DNA of 44,189 nucleotides from Escherichia phage JohannBuxtorf_Bas84: sequence record PQ850611.1; one strand, 5' to 3'. Shown piece by piece: positions 42,722 to 44,189 of this stretch (position 1 is its first letter; each line of letters starts with the position of its first letter). The notes under the pieces were generated by a model. It saw only the letters and a program-made list of their open reading frames with translations, ran no database searches and was not told where the DNA came from. The position numbers and the translations under genes were made by a program.

Positions 42722-43864
42722 ATGCACCCGCAAACTAAAATTACCGATGAGCAATTGATCGCAGAAATTCAGGCAGGGACTACGGTTAAAGATATTGCGA
42801 AGAAATACGGGATTGCCCTACGCAATGTTTATATGCGGAAAGCCCGCCTATCGAAAAAAGGCATTGGACACGGCAACGATGCCGTAATCCGCAAGCGCGT
42901 TGCCGATGGCTTTGGGGTTAAGCGCGTATCGGCCCTGGTGCGCGGCAATGGCGAAGAGGTCATGTCGTGGGTTATCACTGAGCAGGACAAGGAGCGCCAA
43001 CTCGAAGCTATGCGCGCTGTTGTCGAGGGTATGAACAGCGAAATCACACCGGCAGCGCCAGTAAAATCCCCGCCAGTACCGATCCAGGCGCTTGACTTAC
43101 TCAACCTGTACACCGTGTCAGACTTCCACCTGGGCATGTTGGCATGGGGCGAGGAGACTGGCGAAGACTGGGATATGGCGATCGCCGAAGACCTGTTTTA
43201 CCGCTGGTTTGTCGAAGCCTTCGCACGCGCACCGGACGCAGGCACTGCCGTAATTAATATTCTCGGTGATATGGCGCACTTTGATAGCCTCGATGCCGTC
43301 ACCCCAGCCAGCGGGCACGTACTGGACGCGGATACTCGCTACCAGAAGCTGGTCCGCTACATGATTCGCATGGTGCGCAACGTGGTGGAACTGGCGCTGC
43401 AAAAACACCACAAAGTCAAACTGCTAATCGTCCAGGGGAATCATGACGAGTCTGGTATGATTTGGCTGGCTGAAATGTTCAATACGCTGTACGAGAACGA
43501 GCCACGCGTCGATGTGGATACGTCCCCGGACGTGTACAAAATGGTGCAACACGGTAAAACCACGCTGTTCTTCCACCACGGGCACAAAGCACGTTTTGAC
43601 GCTATTGAAACCGTCATGATTTCCAAATTCAGACAGGCTTTCGGGTCCAGCGAGTACAGCTACGCACACGTAGGCCACTTGCACCACCAGAAGATTGTAG
43701 AATCCCGCAACATGATTGTTGAACAGCACCGGACCCTAGCCGCGAAAGACGCATATGCCAGCCGCGGCGGTTGGATGTCCGGTAGAAGCGCCAACGTAAT
43801 CACCTACAGCGCCAACTACGGCGAAGTAGCGCGCTTAACCATTAGCCCGGAAATGTTGAAATGA
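42722..43864 (+). CDS. HTH + calcineurin-like metallophosphoesterase protein
   Basis: 380 aa; N-terminal HTH-like TVKDIAKKYGIALRNVYMRKARL; metallophosphatase motifs VSDFHLG, LGDMAHFD, QGNHDE, FHHGH, HVGHLHH. Confidence 0.65.
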   Translation: MHPQTKITDEQLIAEIQAGTTVKDIAKKYGIALRNVYMRKARLSKKGIGHGNDAVIRKRVADGFGVKRVSALVRGNGEEVMSWVITEQDKERQLEAMRAVVEGMNSEITPAAPVKSPPVPIQALDLLNLYTVSDFHLGMLAWGEETGEDWDMAIAEDLFYRWFVEAFARAPDAGTAVINILGDMAHFDSLDAVTPASGHVLDADTRYQKLVRYMIRMVRNVVELALQKHHKVKLLIVQGNHDESGMIWLAEMFNTLYENEPRVDVDTSPDVYKMVQHGKTTLFFHHGHKARFDAIETVMISKFRQAFGSSEYSYAHVGHLHHQKIVESRNMIVEQHRTLAAKDAYASRGGWMSGRSANVITYSANYGEVARLTISPEMLK

Positions 43865-44073
43865 TCAGACAAGTATTCATGAGCACGCAGGCGGACCGCC
43901 TGAAGGAACTACGCAAGCAACTCGAAGGCTTACGCCGATTCGAGCGAACGGCAGCGGCAATCGGCATGTCTATCAGTGAGCGGATCGAGATACTATCGCA
44001 AATACGCTACACAGAAGGCGCTATAAGCGAAGTAGAAAGCATGTTAACCCGATACTACGGTCGCGCCGTTTAA
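43861..44073 (+). CDS. small hypothetical protein
   Basis: 70 aa; ATGA overlap with upstream gene; followed by terminator. Confidence 0.4.
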   Translation: MIRQVFMSTQADRLKELRKQLEGLRRFERTAAAIGMSISERIEILSQIRYTEGAISEVESMLTRYYGRAV

Positions 44074-44080
44074 CCCTCCT

Positions 44081-44107
44081 AGCCCGCCGATTTGGTGGGC
44101 TTTTTTG
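44081..44107 (+). terminator. intrinsic terminator
   Basis: stem agcccgcc/ggtgggct (one G-U) with 5-nt loop followed by T6. Confidence 0.65.
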
Positions 44108-44111
44108 TGCC

Positions 44112-44120
44112 TGTTATAAT
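44112..44120 (+). promoter_or_regulatory. putative extended -10 promoter element
   Basis: TGtTATAAT immediately downstream of terminator at window end; no -35 assessed; target gene lies outside window. Confidence 0.35.
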
Positions 44121-44189
44121 CCCCTTAGATGGCAGGGCCGTCTCCTATGTTGCCGATGGTCGGCGCATATGCACAAAAGGGCTTATATC

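Noticed and set aside
1-44189. tRNA or rRNA genes
   Set aside because: No cloverleaf-compatible segments or conserved T-loop (GGTTCGAATCC-like) sequences noticed in intergenic regions; the large non-coding intervals are occupied by repeats and hairpins instead. A tRNAscan run would be needed to be certain.

Overview
This 44.2-kb window reads as most of a GC-rich tailed dsDNA phage genome (siphovirus-type, lambda-like tail module); all assignments are from motif recognition by eye with no database search, and coordinates of non-ORF features are +/-2 bp. Layout: (i) plus-strand morphogenesis block 1-23632: small and large terminase, portal, Mu-F/SPP1-gp7-like head morphogenesis protein, an overlapped Rz/Rz1-like spanin pair, scaffold, major capsid, head-tail joining proteins, major tail protein, tail assembly chaperone with a -1 frameshift site, tape measure, lambda L/K/I/J-like tail-tip proteins and a tail fibre with a C-terminal chaperone domain. 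It is interrupted by two minus-strand inserts (5004-5768 and a lipoprotein-led pair at 20566-21755). (ii) Minus-strand early/replication block 23658-35905: acidic repeat protein, Cas4-like nuclease, DUF2815-like protein, family A DNA polymerase, VRR-NUC, SNF2-type helicase, a frame-disrupted C5-methyltransferase-like gene, HNH-like protein, Dam-type N6-adenine methyltransferase, HAD phosphatase and small unknowns. (iii) Plus-strand block from 36308: HTH protein, AEP-primase/helicase fusion, small unknown genes, holin-like proteins, lysozyme and an HTH-metallophosphoesterase. The most striking unexplained signals are non-coding: a structured element carrying 6-8 direct CGGGACA repeats plus an identical 60-bp hairpin module, present twice (11364-11620 and 39057-39235); a 9-10-bp motif ATTGGTTGCA/TGCAACCAAT recurring about 18 times, mostly in tandem pairs in intergenic regions; and a divergent control region (35906-36307) with a strong minus-strand intrinsic terminator directly downstream of a putative promoter. 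No CRISPR array, rRNA or tRNA was recognised.
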